Shown piece after piece: positions 40,339 to 48,787 of a stretch of DNA of 48,787 nucleotides. How positions within the stretch are numbered: the first letter of the stretch is position 1; each line of letters begins with the position of its first letter. The notes beneath the pieces were generated by a model. The model did no database searches. It had not been told where the DNA came from and was given only the letters and a program-made list of their open reading frames with translations. Location: positions 1-48,787 of the forward strand of contig JBFRWD010000106.1 in the NCBI GenBank assembly GCA_051439425.1, given 5' to 3'. Both the position numbers and the translations under genes were made by a program. This DNA is from Synechococcus sp. Its GTDB lineage: Bacteria > Cyanobacteriota > Cyanobacteriia > Thermostichales > PCC-7336.

Positions 40339-41964
40339 TTAAGCTAGCGCACCCGCTGTCCCGTATCCAATCGCCTCCTCCCTGTGCTGCAACAATCGCT
40401 CCTGACTCAGTGGCCCCTGCAAATGACTCCAAGGTAGAGCAGATTCAGTATCCCAATCCTCGTGAACGTAATACTCCAACGGCGGCAATTCGCCTTTCAG
40501 TTCCTTGAAAGCCCGCTTGTAGCTACCCAATGAATCTCCAAATCCTCGCGCCAACTCAAGCACGCGACCCACCCTGCGATCACCCCGAGAAATCAACGCC
40601 TGAATTACGGACCAGTTATAGCTTTCCGGGCGAAACTCCACCCCAATGGGACGCAATTGCTTCTGAAATACCTTGAGCTTCTTTTGGGCCGACTTGTCTA
40701 CCCGATGCCACTGAAATGGGGTGTGAGCTTTGGGAACAAAGGTGCTGCACCCGAAAGAATATCTCAGCTTGGGAGCGACCTTACGCAACTGCTTAAACAT
40801 GTCCACCGTTGCATCTATGTCGTCCGCGTCCTCAAAGGGCAATCCAGCCATGCCGTAAAACTTGATGGACTTCAACCCACCGGCTTGCGCAGCCTCTGCA
40901 GCCCGATAAATCTCGTCATTGTGCAGTTTCTTATTGATCGCCCGTCGCAGTCGTTCCGAACCGCTTTCCACCGCCACTGTGATCGAGTTGCTGCCCCGCT
41001 GAGTCAGAACGGATGCTAATCGTTCGGTCACCGTGCCCGTGCGCACAGACGCTAGACTGACCCGTACATCGTCAAACCGATCGCGCTCTAAATACGTCAG
41101 CAAATCCTCAAATTCTGGATGCTGGGTTACCGATGCCCCCAACAACCCCAACCGCTTGGTCACTGCTAGCCCGCGCTCGATCGCTGGAATGAGCCCTTCT
41201 GGTAGATCTGCCACTCGAAACGGCAGTGTTAAATAGCTAGCCAGACAAAAACGGCACATCTCGGGACAGCTGCGCACAACCTCCACCATGTAGATGTTTT
41301 CCCAGGCAGCATGAGGGGTGACAACAGTAGACGTGGATAGAGTGTTGCCTCGATACGTCCGCTTCTGCACGGTGATCGGAACATCAGCATCGAGCGGTTT
41401 ACAGGATGATAAGGGGCCGTCGTAGCCGTCATATTCGGGTTCGTACAGGGATGGAATGTAAATGCCCGGTATCTGAGAGAGCTGGCGCAATTTAGCGGAG
41501 CGATCGCCAGCTCTCACTTGCTTGTACACATCAATAAATTCGTGCAGCAGCTCTTCTCCGTCCCCCATCAACACCACATCAAAGAAGTTTGCAAATGGTT
41601 CCGGATTGGCCGTCAGTACCGGCCCCCCCCCAAAAATTAGGGGATGATCGTCAGTCCGATCGCAACTGTGGATGGGTACTCGCAGATCCTCTAGCAGAGT
41701 CAGAATGTTGACGTAATCCAACTCCCACGACACAGACACTCCCAGGAGTTCGGGAGACTGCGATCGCCGATCCTGCCCATCAGTAAATAGGCGTGTCACC
41801 GCCAGATCGGGACGGGAGGCAAGCGTAGCCCACACCACCTGATAGCCCAAGCTGGTGATGCCAATAGTGTAGGTGTTGGGGAACGCAAACGTTAAAGGAA
41901 TAGCATCCGGTTGGGGCGTTGCGGGAGTAAACGTCAGCGATTCGTCAGACCAGGGGATGCTCAT
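40339..41964 (-). CDS. B12-binding/radical SAM protein
   Basis: FPNTY.IG..SLG, GGPV.TANPEP, GDGEE, CPEMCRFC (CxxxCxxC), FVPKAHTPFQW. Confidence 0.9.
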   Translation of the reverse strand: MSIPWSDESLTFTPATPQPDAIPLTFAFPNTYTIGITSLGYQVVWATLASRPDLAVTRLFTDGQDRRSQSPELLGVSVSWELDYVNILTLLEDLRVPIHSCDRTDDHPLIFGGGPVLTANPEPFANFFDVVLMGDGEELLHEFIDVYKQVRAGDRSAKLRQLSQIPGIYIPSLYEPEYDGYDGPLSSCKPLDADVPITVQKRTYRGNTLSTSTVVTPHAAWENIYMVEVVRSCPEMCRFCLASYLTLPFRVADLPEGLIPAIERGLAVTKRLGLLGASVTQHPEFEDLLTYLERDRFDDVRVSLASVRTGTVTERLASVLTQRGSNSITVAVESGSERLRRAINKKLHNDEIYRAAEAAQAGGLKSIKFYGMAGLPFEDADDIDATVDMFKQLRKVAPKLRYSFGCSTFVPKAHTPFQWHRVDKSAQKKLKVFQKQLRPIGVEFRPESYNWSVIQALISRGDRRVGRVLELARGFGDSLGSYKRAFKELKGELPPLEYYVHEDWDTESALPWSHLQGPLSQERLLQHREEAIGYGTAGALA

Positions 41965-42116
41965 CAAATTCTATGCAGGTGGCAGTTTCCCCATTGTCGC
42001 GCCTCAACTCCGCATCGTGCTACTACATTCTCAGCACCACTCAAACTCGAGATACACGAATAAGCAGCAACTCATTCATTCAGAAGTTGTGTTGTTGATT
42101 CCAGAGCCTGACTCTA

Positions 42117-43487
42117 CTACATACCCTCGGCCTGAGGCAGCATCAACGTAAATGTAGACCCCATCCCCATCTGGCTGCGTACCGAAATAGCCCCTCCGGA
42201 CTGCAGCAATAAAGTTTGGACGATGGTCAGACCCAGACCAACTCCACCACTCTGCATCTTGGCGCGCGGAACACGATAGAAACGATCGAACAATTTGGGA
42301 ATCGAATCGGGTGGAATCCCGATACCGGTATCCCTCACCTCCACTTGGACGTACTGTCCATTAGCAGTTGCAATCACCCAAATTTTGCCCCCCTCAAGAG
42401 TGCACTGAATACCGTTCTCGATCAGCTTGACCAAAACGGTTTTGAGCGCAGCTTCTGGAAACAGAACCTTGGGGAGTGCAGACGGAACCGTATAGGCCAG
42501 CATAATGCCTTTTTCGTGAGCCACTGCCTGATAAGTGCTCACCACTCCCGGAACCACATCGAACAATGCGACAGGAACAGCTTCCCCCTCAGGAGCAGAT
42601 TCCTCAATCGAAGTGAGTTCCATCAAGCTATTGATCAGGCTGGCTTGATGTTCGCACTCGGATAGAATGACATCCCAATACCGCGATTTCTGCCCCTCTT
42701 TAATCCGGGGGGATCGCAGCAACTGGAGCGCCGTTTTGATATTGGTCAGAGGATTGCACAGTTGCTGGCTCACGGTTTTCATAAAACCATCTTTGAACTC
42801 CAACGCCTGTTTTAATTCAGCGTTGGTTTGCTGCAACTCCTCAAGATTGTGCGTTTGACGCTGTAGATGCTGCTTTTGCTGAACGGCTGAATCCAGCAAT
42901 TGAATGAGCTGCGGAACAATGGCGGCCGCAGCATTAGGACTTGGAGCTCGCGGCGCAAGGTTTTCAATACTGCTTGCCAGTTGAACCTTTAGTTGAGGAC
43001 GTGCCTGTGCCGTCAGCGCCTGGAGGATATCGAGTGCCGGTTCTAATGCTTCGGAGTTGTATGAAAAGTAGGTAACACAGTGGCTGGAGGCAGACGAATT
43101 GTAGGTGTCTTCCAGTTGTTGCCCCACTAACACGCAAGACATCTCGGAGGTAAGCAGTACGAGCGCTTCTTCTTTGGGGCCACCATTGGGCACCGTACAG
43201 CAAAAAAGGTTGCTAGTGGCGGTAAACAAAGACTCTGGGGAGAGAATGTAGACCGCACGCGTACTGCGAGACAGCGACTCGTAGTAAGGGGCTTCGCTGG
43301 CCCAGACACTGCTGTCTGGCAGGCGAATCAACACGATCGCATCGGTGTGCGCCTGTGTTACCCAATCGGTGAGCGCACGACAGGCTGCTCGCAGAGTCTC
43401 AGGACGGGCGAGAAACGGCTTAAACCGATCGCCAATGCGAGTTTGAATGGCCTCAAAAATAGACGTTGTGCTGACGGAGACAACCAC
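42117..43487 (-). CDS. Sensor histidine-kinase-like protein (DICT-like N-terminus) lacking the phospho-His
   Basis: H-box reads SQQLCNPLT; N box LIENG, G1 DTGIGI, F box LFDRFYR, G2 GVGLGL. Confidence 0.85.
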   Translation of the reverse strand: MVVSVSTTSIFEAIQTRIGDRFKPFLARPETLRAACRALTDWVTQAHTDAIVLIRLPDSSVWASEAPYYESLSRSTRAVYILSPESLFTATSNLFCCTVPNGGPKEEALVLLTSEMSCVLVGQQLEDTYNSSASSHCVTYFSYNSEALEPALDILQALTAQARPQLKVQLASSIENLAPRAPSPNAAAAIVPQLIQLLDSAVQQKQHLQRQTHNLEELQQTNAELKQALEFKDGFMKTVSQQLCNPLTNIKTALQLLRSPRIKEGQKSRYWDVILSECEHQASLINSLMELTSIEESAPEGEAVPVALFDVVPGVVSTYQAVAHEKGIMLAYTVPSALPKVLFPEAALKTVLVKLIENGIQCTLEGGKIWVIATANGQYVQVEVRDTGIGIPPDSIPKLFDRFYRVPRAKMQSGGVGLGLTIVQTLLLQSGGAISVRSQMGMGSTFTLMLPQAEGM

Positions 43488-43609
43488 ACGATTACCTCAA
43501 CTGATGGAGGAAACAGAACAAAGCGAGCCAATGGACTGATAATCCTGTCGGCGATCGCGAGCGTTGCATCTAGTCAGCCCGAACCATAGAATCCCGGATG
43601 AAATCTAGC

Positions 43610-45184
43610 CTACGGGCATCCCTTGACGACAGACTGACTCAAACGCTGTCTTAGAGCTGCCTCTGCAACTTCTCGGTCGTCGAAATGTACTTTTAACCTA
43701 CCCAAAATCTGATAGGTTTCATGCCCTTTACCAGCAATTGCTACTGTATCTCCCGGCTGAGCCGACAAAATTGCTTTATATATAGCTTTCTTGCGATCGA
43801 TTTCTATCTCAACTTGGGATTGCCTGGAATTAACTCCAGTCATGATGTCTTCCAAAATTTGCTGAGGATCTTCTGTCCGCGGATTGTCTGATGTCACGAC
43901 AATCGCATCGGACAGTCGTGCCGCAATATCCCCCATCAGTGGCCTTTTGCGCCGGTCGCGATCTCCTCCACAGCCGAAGACGCATACCAAGGAATTTTGT
44001 ACAGACGGCCGCATGGCATCGAGTAAGTTTTGCAGCCCATCCGGAGTATGAGCGTAGTCGATCACCACAGCAATATCCTGGCCAGGAATTTGAACGGGAG
44101 CAACCCGGCCGGGAACGCCAGGAAATGTCGGAAGGGCAGACTGAATCGTATCGAGACCAACGCCAAGGTGAAGTGCAACACCAACCGCTGCCAATAAATT
44201 TGCCAAATTGAATCGACCCACCAACGGAGCCGTCACCGGAATATCACCAGCAGGAGTATGAAGTAACGCCCGGGTTTGGGTGGCATCCATCAAAACATCA
44301 GATGCCCACAACAGTCGATCGAGAGCCCAGTCGGGTAAGTTCGGTTCGGACTGAAGGGTGAATCCCCAGGGAGGTAGGCGATCGCTGGGCCAAGACCGAA
44401 CCAGTCGTGTTACCCATTCATCATCTACATTCAGTACAGCTCGACCCGTAGGAGCAAAATACGGGGGCTGAAAAAGCTTGGCTTTGGCTGCCCAGTACTC
44501 CTCCATCGTGGAGTGGTAGTCGAGATGATCCTGTGTAAGGTTTGTCCACACAGCAGCATCAAACGTACATCCCCATACCCGATTTTGATCGAGACTGTGA
44601 GAACTGACTTCCATCACCGCGGTATCGCATCCTGCAGCCATCGCAGATGCTAATGACCGCTGCATTTCCGGAGCAAATGGAGTAGTGTGGGCGGCCTCGA
44701 CACTATGTCCGGGCCAACGCTCGTAAAGGGTACCGATTAAGGCAGTGGACGGTGAATTGGCATTTAGCAAATGTTCGATGATGTGGGTGATGGTCGTTTT
44801 ACCGTTGGTTCCCGTCACCCCAATCAAAGAAAGGCTCTTGGCAGGAAAATCAGATATCCAATTAGCTGACTGACCGCACACTTGAATCATGTGGTCATCG
44901 GGCCAACTAAAAATCGGAATGGAACATCGGGACTTGGCTGCCGATTCAGACAGCTCCCGAAAGGCAGTCTGCGAAATGAATGCGGCAACAGCGCCCTTAT
45001 CGGCAGCTTGTTGCCAAAACCGGCCACCATCAGTCCGGGTACCGGGCATACCAATAAACAAATTTCCCGGTTGGGTGACTTTTGAGTTGGTCGTAACTCC
45101 CGTCAGTGAGGGATTGTTCGAGATTCCAAATTGATGTGCTGCAGGAGACAGTAGTGCCAGCAAATCGTTAAGAGCCTTTGACAT
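43610..45184 (-). CDS. murE: UDP-MurNAc-tripeptide synthetase (meso-DAP ligase)
   Basis: GVTGTNGKTT, MEVSSH, TNLTQDHLDYH, DYAHTPD, GCGGDRD, SDNPR (DAP-specific), AGKGHE. Confidence 0.97.
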   Translation of the reverse strand: MSKALNDLLALLSPAAHQFGISNNPSLTGVTTNSKVTQPGNLFIGMPGTRTDGGRFWQQAADKGAVAAFISQTAFRELSESAAKSRCSIPIFSWPDDHMIQVCGQSANWISDFPAKSLSLIGVTGTNGKTTITHIIEHLLNANSPSTALIGTLYERWPGHSVEAAHTTPFAPEMQRSLASAMAAGCDTAVMEVSSHSLDQNRVWGCTFDAAVWTNLTQDHLDYHSTMEEYWAAKAKLFQPPYFAPTGRAVLNVDDEWVTRLVRSWPSDRLPPWGFTLQSEPNLPDWALDRLLWASDVLMDATQTRALLHTPAGDIPVTAPLVGRFNLANLLAAVGVALHLGVGLDTIQSALPTFPGVPGRVAPVQIPGQDIAVVIDYAHTPDGLQNLLDAMRPSVQNSLVCVFGCGGDRDRRKRPLMGDIAARLSDAIVVTSDNPRTEDPQQILEDIMTGVNSRQSQVEIEIDRKKAIYKAILSAQPGDTVAIAGKGHETYQILGRLKVHFDDREVAEAALRQRLSQSVVKGCP

Positions 45185-45440
45185 ATCCACATACTCGAGC
45201 CCTAATGTGGGCAACTGTAGCACGGGGAGAAAGGCGTGGCAGCTCCACTTCGCGCCCCTCTTCAGACCAGCACAAAACTGGGATTTCCAAGCTGTAGCGG
45301 CCCCACCAGGCTTCGTCTGTCTCGATATCTCTTACCTCTAGACCGGGTTCAATTTCAGAAATTTGCCTCAGTTTTTCTTCCAATCCTTCGCATAAATGAC
45401 ATCCGGTTTTGCTGTAAAGAACGAAGTGCCCACTTGCCAT
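45168..45440 (-). CDS. Glutaredoxin-like (DUF836) protein
   Basis: LYSKTGCHLCEGL, RY.LEIPVL, LPR.SPR; overlaps the murE start by 17 bp. Confidence 0.88.
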   Translation of the reverse strand: MASGHFVLYSKTGCHLCEGLEEKLRQISEIEPGLEVRDIETDEAWWGRYSLEIPVLCWSEEGREVELPRLSPRATVAHIRARVCGYVKGS

Positions 45441-45738
45441 CGCATTATTCGATCCACTCGTACTGCAGGCTCCTATCCTATCTTCATTCACTCTACATTC
45501 GCCATATATCACTATCCAAATCTTGATACAAAGCTAAAGACAAGTTAGTAGAATAAGCTTTAGCTAGCACTTCGATTGTCTCGACAGGAACGAGTATACG
45601 GAGATTTTTTATCAGGCACATTTGCAAATCTAACATCTCACGATAACGGAGTCTGAATGGAGCAGCAGGCACAAACAGAAGAGTCTCTCCTCAGGGCCCG
45701 AAGCTAATCCCTACTGACCTTTTGGCATTCTGAACAGG

Positions 45739-46131
45739 TTATATCCGTTCTTTAGGAACGTATTTCTGTAGTGCCAACCGAAGTTCATCCGGGTTGAAAA
45801 TTACTGGAACAAAATGGATGCTATTTATTTCTTTGAAATAAAAAAGAATGGCTGCAGGAGACCAAAAGATTTCCCAATTTAGCCAATCAGCATAGGGAAA
45901 GCATCGGATTTCATTCCGGCCACGGAAAACTTTTAAGTCAGTATCGGTAAACGTCAGCCGAAGTGTTGCTGTCTGCACCATCAAAAATATGGCAAACAAC
46001 TCGATCGCACCGCATCCCCATATAGAGACAAAAAACAGAGGTGCCGCTAGCAACGAGATCGCTGCAGGCAGCCGAAAGTCGGGAGATAAGGGGGTGCCTT
46101 CAGAGAGAGTGGCAGGTTGGGAAGCAGTCAT
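45739..46131 (-). CDS. DUF3119-family protein
   Basis: FLMVQTATLRL.F, FPY..W.NW.IFW...ILFYFKEINSIHF.P.IF; ATG 46131 chosen as start. Confidence 0.88.
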   Translation of the reverse strand: MTASQPATLSEGTPLSPDFRLPAAISLLAAPLFFVSIWGCGAIELFAIFLMVQTATLRLTFTDTDLKVFRGRNEIRCFPYADWLNWEIFWSPAAILFYFKEINSIHFVPVIFNPDELRLALQKYVPKERI

Positions 46132-46382
46132 GAATTCGTTGATAACGCCAGCTTTAGTGTAAGTCGATCCCACCGGTCTAACCGGTGCCACTCACCTAAT
46201 ATCTGGAATGCTGACCGAGCAAAACAACTAAGGCACTACAGCCGCTCGGCTCCTGCTATAACTATCCGCTGTAAGGTCTGGAGAGTTGAGACCGCGAAAA
46301 TACTTGATTTTCAAAGAAAAGTAGCCAGGGAAGTCTCCATAGCAGATTGTCGATCTCTATTAACTCCTACCCCGACCTGTCT

Positions 46383-46685
46383 CTATGGAGCGCTAGCGTG
46401 AACTAATGCGTAATGCATGACGTCTGGCGGGGCCGCAAAAAAGGGGCCAATGATAGACCGCCAAGTGGTGAAACGCTCGGACTCGCGAAAGTTCACTGTA
46501 TGAGCCTCTAAAGTCTCCCATTGAATTTGCAAGAGATAGCAGGTACCTTCCTCAAGACACCGTCTGAGCGTGTGACTACAGTAGCCCTCCGTTTCCTCTA
46601 ACAAGGTATAGGCGGTGGCGATCGCGGCCTCAAACTCAGCTTCTTTTTCAGGCAGTACCTGCAAGGCAGCCACTTCTAGAATCAT
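46383..46685 (-). CDS. Antibiotic biosynthesis monooxygenase (ABM) family protein
   Basis: MILEVA.L.V, FEAA, YLLQIQWETLEAH..NFR.S..F..WR. Confidence 0.9.
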   Translation of the reverse strand: MILEVAALQVLPEKEAEFEAAIATAYTLLEETEGYCSHTLRRCLEEGTCYLLQIQWETLEAHTVNFRESERFTTWRSIIGPFFAAPPDVMHYALVHASAP

Positions 46686-46870
46686 AGGAACACCTCAAAA
46701 AATCCTCTCCATTTGTCTCCCTGCGAGGGTATCAACAAGTGGACAGAGTTTCAGTCCAGTCCATTCCGATCGAACAAGAAAGATTCGTCCATCAAAGGTA
46801 TGCAAAGATTGGGGACACAGCCAAATACCTTAATCGTCGAGGACTATAAATTTGTCGCTTTGGTCGGAGC

Positions 46871-48115
46871 TTATACATAGATGAATGCTCGACTATTCAA
46901 ACCGAGATTCCCCAAGCCCCGAACAACACCAATTAATTCATCTGACTGACCGCCAGGTTTATCGATAAAAATAGCTTTCCCGCGATCTCCCCCCTTGGGA
47001 GTACTTCCCAAACGATAATTAAACTTGTCGCTCAATTGAATCCTGTCACCGTCCGACAATCGAAAATCTTTGACAAGAGCATAATCCCTCGTGCCTCGAT
47101 TGTTGGCCCTGAGATCGTCGTAGAAGGCTCGTTTCTGTGTTCCCAGCACAAATAGGTCATTATCTTTTCCCCCGACTAGCACATCTCTCTCGCCAGTGCC
47201 CTTCTTCCACGCGCCAACGAGCCGATCTCGTCCACCCCCTCCCCACAACTTGTCCGAGCCAGAGCCGCCATAGAGTTTGTCGAGCCCCGACTTCCCCCAT
47301 AATCTGTCATCCCCTCTACGCCCAAAAATCTTCTGATCTCGGCCATTGCCAACCAGGCGATCGTTTCTTTTCGTGCCTGTGATAATAACTTTATTACTCC
47401 CGACTGATGGAGCAGAAGATGATACCAACTTGGCTACTAGAGGCTTGACAGAGCCTATCCCTCGGCCGTAAGCACGTCGAATCGTCTGGATATCATTCTG
47501 CAATAAATCAGCGCTACCAATATTCGAGAACCTTCGCTTCAGGGTAGGATTGAGAATCGCGTCAACACCTGAGACATGTCTCATACCAAGAGCATGTCCA
47601 AGCTCGTGAAGTACTGTTTCGACAAATAATCCAGGGTCCCAGTTCTCGTTATCGAAGAACATATCGCCCGCAATAGAGGTATCTCCCGAAGGGAAGTATG
47701 CTTCCGCAATCGTATTGCCCTTACCGTCAATATCGCTGCGGTGGAATCGTAGCTTGGCCTCATTGCCTGGAGAAGTCAATTGCTCGTTGAGAAGCTTGCG
47801 AGTACCTGGGCCGAGATCGGCTTTTTCTACAAATCGAATCGGCACATATTTGGCAAAAACTGAAAGCGCCTTTTCCACAGACGCCTTCACTTGCCCTTCA
47901 GATACCCCATTAATGCCACTCACGAAGCCTGAAGTGAGGCTGTAGGTTAAGGTGAACGGCTTACCCTTTCCGCCAGGCTGCTTCCACAAGTTGCCGAGAG
48001 AGCCTGAGCTGGAGGCAGACGTACTGGGTGAGGTAGAAGTTGCAGCGCTCCGAGAGCAACAAGCATGACAGCTACAACCAGAGCCGTGCCCTGAAGCCAT
48101 CGGTGCTCTATTCAT
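46871..48115 (-). CDS. M10/matrixin-type metalloprotease with RTX (hemolysin-type Ca-binding) repeats
   Basis: HELGHALGMRH zinc motif, GDMFFD..NW, GGxGxDxLx repeats; start uncertain (48100, 48115 or further upstream). Confidence 0.88.
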   Translation of the reverse strand: MNRAPMASGHGSGCSCHACCSRSAATSTSPSTSASSSGSLGNLWKQPGGKGKPFTLTYSLTSGFVSGINGVSEGQVKASVEKALSVFAKYVPIRFVEKADLGPGTRKLLNEQLTSPGNEAKLRFHRSDIDGKGNTIAEAYFPSGDTSIAGDMFFDNENWDPGLFVETVLHELGHALGMRHVSGVDAILNPTLKRRFSNIGSADLLQNDIQTIRRAYGRGIGSVKPLVAKLVSSSAPSVGSNKVIITGTKRNDRLVGNGRDQKIFGRRGDDRLWGKSGLDKLYGGSGSDKLWGGGGRDRLVGAWKKGTGERDVLVGGKDNDLFVLGTQKRAFYDDLRANNRGTRDYALVKDFRLSDGDRIQLSDKFNYRLGSTPKGGDRGKAIFIDKPGGQSDELIGVVRGLGNLGLNSRAFIYV

Positions 48116-48662
48116 CGCTATCACGGAGAGCGTGCTGTTGCCCATTAAACTGAGTACCTCCACCATTCCCCTTGACCATAATTCGGAGTATCGTGCCGAT
48201 GCATTGGTAATTTGCACCGCATACGTAAGTCTTCAGGGTATAAGCATAATGTCAATTCACCAATAATTGATAAAGATAGTATCGACCGGGAATTCATCGC
48301 TGAAGTAGCAGATGAATGATGTAACTTAACGCAAGTTCCGGTGCCAATAACCTCAGTTTATTTCTCTCTAGCTTTTCTTCACTAGCGGTCAACATATAAC
48401 AATCGTAATCCCCTAAAGGGTTATCCATCAATAAAAAATCGGATTTTTGAAGATTTAGAGCATGCCGTATAAAGGATTCCTTAAGTCAGAATAAAATGCA
48501 AATATAGAGAAGTGCCTCTTGTTAGTTCTAGGCTGAGGTATTAAAGGCAAGTATTCTTCTCACAAGCAACATTTGCATCGATCTTGAGAGGAGCTAGATT
48601 TAACGACTTCGGGAAAATTACAGATAAAAAATATCTATGGTTCTCGTTCACTGAGACTGTGT

Positions 48663-48787
48663 CTGAGTACAGGACAAAAGCTTGAAAAGGAACAGAGGTG
48701 GGGGTTTCGTAGGATAACCACAACCAAACGAATCCCCCATGGACGAGGTTAACCTGCTCAGAGAGCGTCTGCGAGCCCACTTTCCCT
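48663..48787 (+). mobile_element. Left end of an IS4-family-like element (runs off the window)
   Basis: CTGAGTACAGGACAAAA at 48663-48679 resembles the terminal IR of cyanobacterial IS4-type elements; a transposase start follows. Confidence 0.7.
48739..48787 (+). CDS. IS4-family transposase N-terminus (partial)
   Basis: MDEVNLLRERLRAHFP resembles, by recall, the N-terminus of cyanobacterial IS4 transposases (M..I.LLR..L..HL.WHGARL). Confidence 0.65.
   Translation, partial: MDEVNLLRERLRAHFP

Noticed and set aside
48541..48780. 79-aa minus-strand ORF
   Set aside because: Crosses the IS end, is antisense to the transposase start and has no motifs

Overview
Chromosomal segment of a cyanobacterium, as shown by psbU, cyanobacterial DUF genes and the frequent HIP1 octamer GCGATCGC. 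A glucosylglycerate gene cluster suggests a marine or saline lifestyle (inference). Most of the window is housekeeping: the dnaG 5' end, ruvX-DUF3727-mltG-yqeG, psbU, lysA-cdaA-uppS, gltA, HIT, dapB, gyrB, a UbiH-like hydroxylase, a radical SAM protein and murE. The accessory or unusual elements are: (i) a 1440-aa soluble-adenylyl-cyclase-like protein (two class III cyclase domains, a STAND ATPase and a helical-repeat tail); (ii) a NarL/LuxR regulator whose receiver lacks the phospho-Asp, divergently transcribed across about 1 kb from two tandem, divergent ComFB-like proteins (possible cyclic-dinucleotide receptors), which is the best candidate for an undescribed system; (iii) a His-less sensor kinase; (iv) a gpgP-gpgS plus GH13_18 phosphorylase cluster; (v) a 576-bp internally deleted IS with perfect 23-bp inverted repeats; (vi) an M10/RTX metalloprotease with a Met-turn substitution; (vii) the left end of an IS4-type element at the window edge; (viii) a perfect hairpin that hides the dnaG Shine-Dalgarno. 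No tRNA, rRNA or CRISPR array was seen. All family calls are by-eye motif recognition, not database searches.
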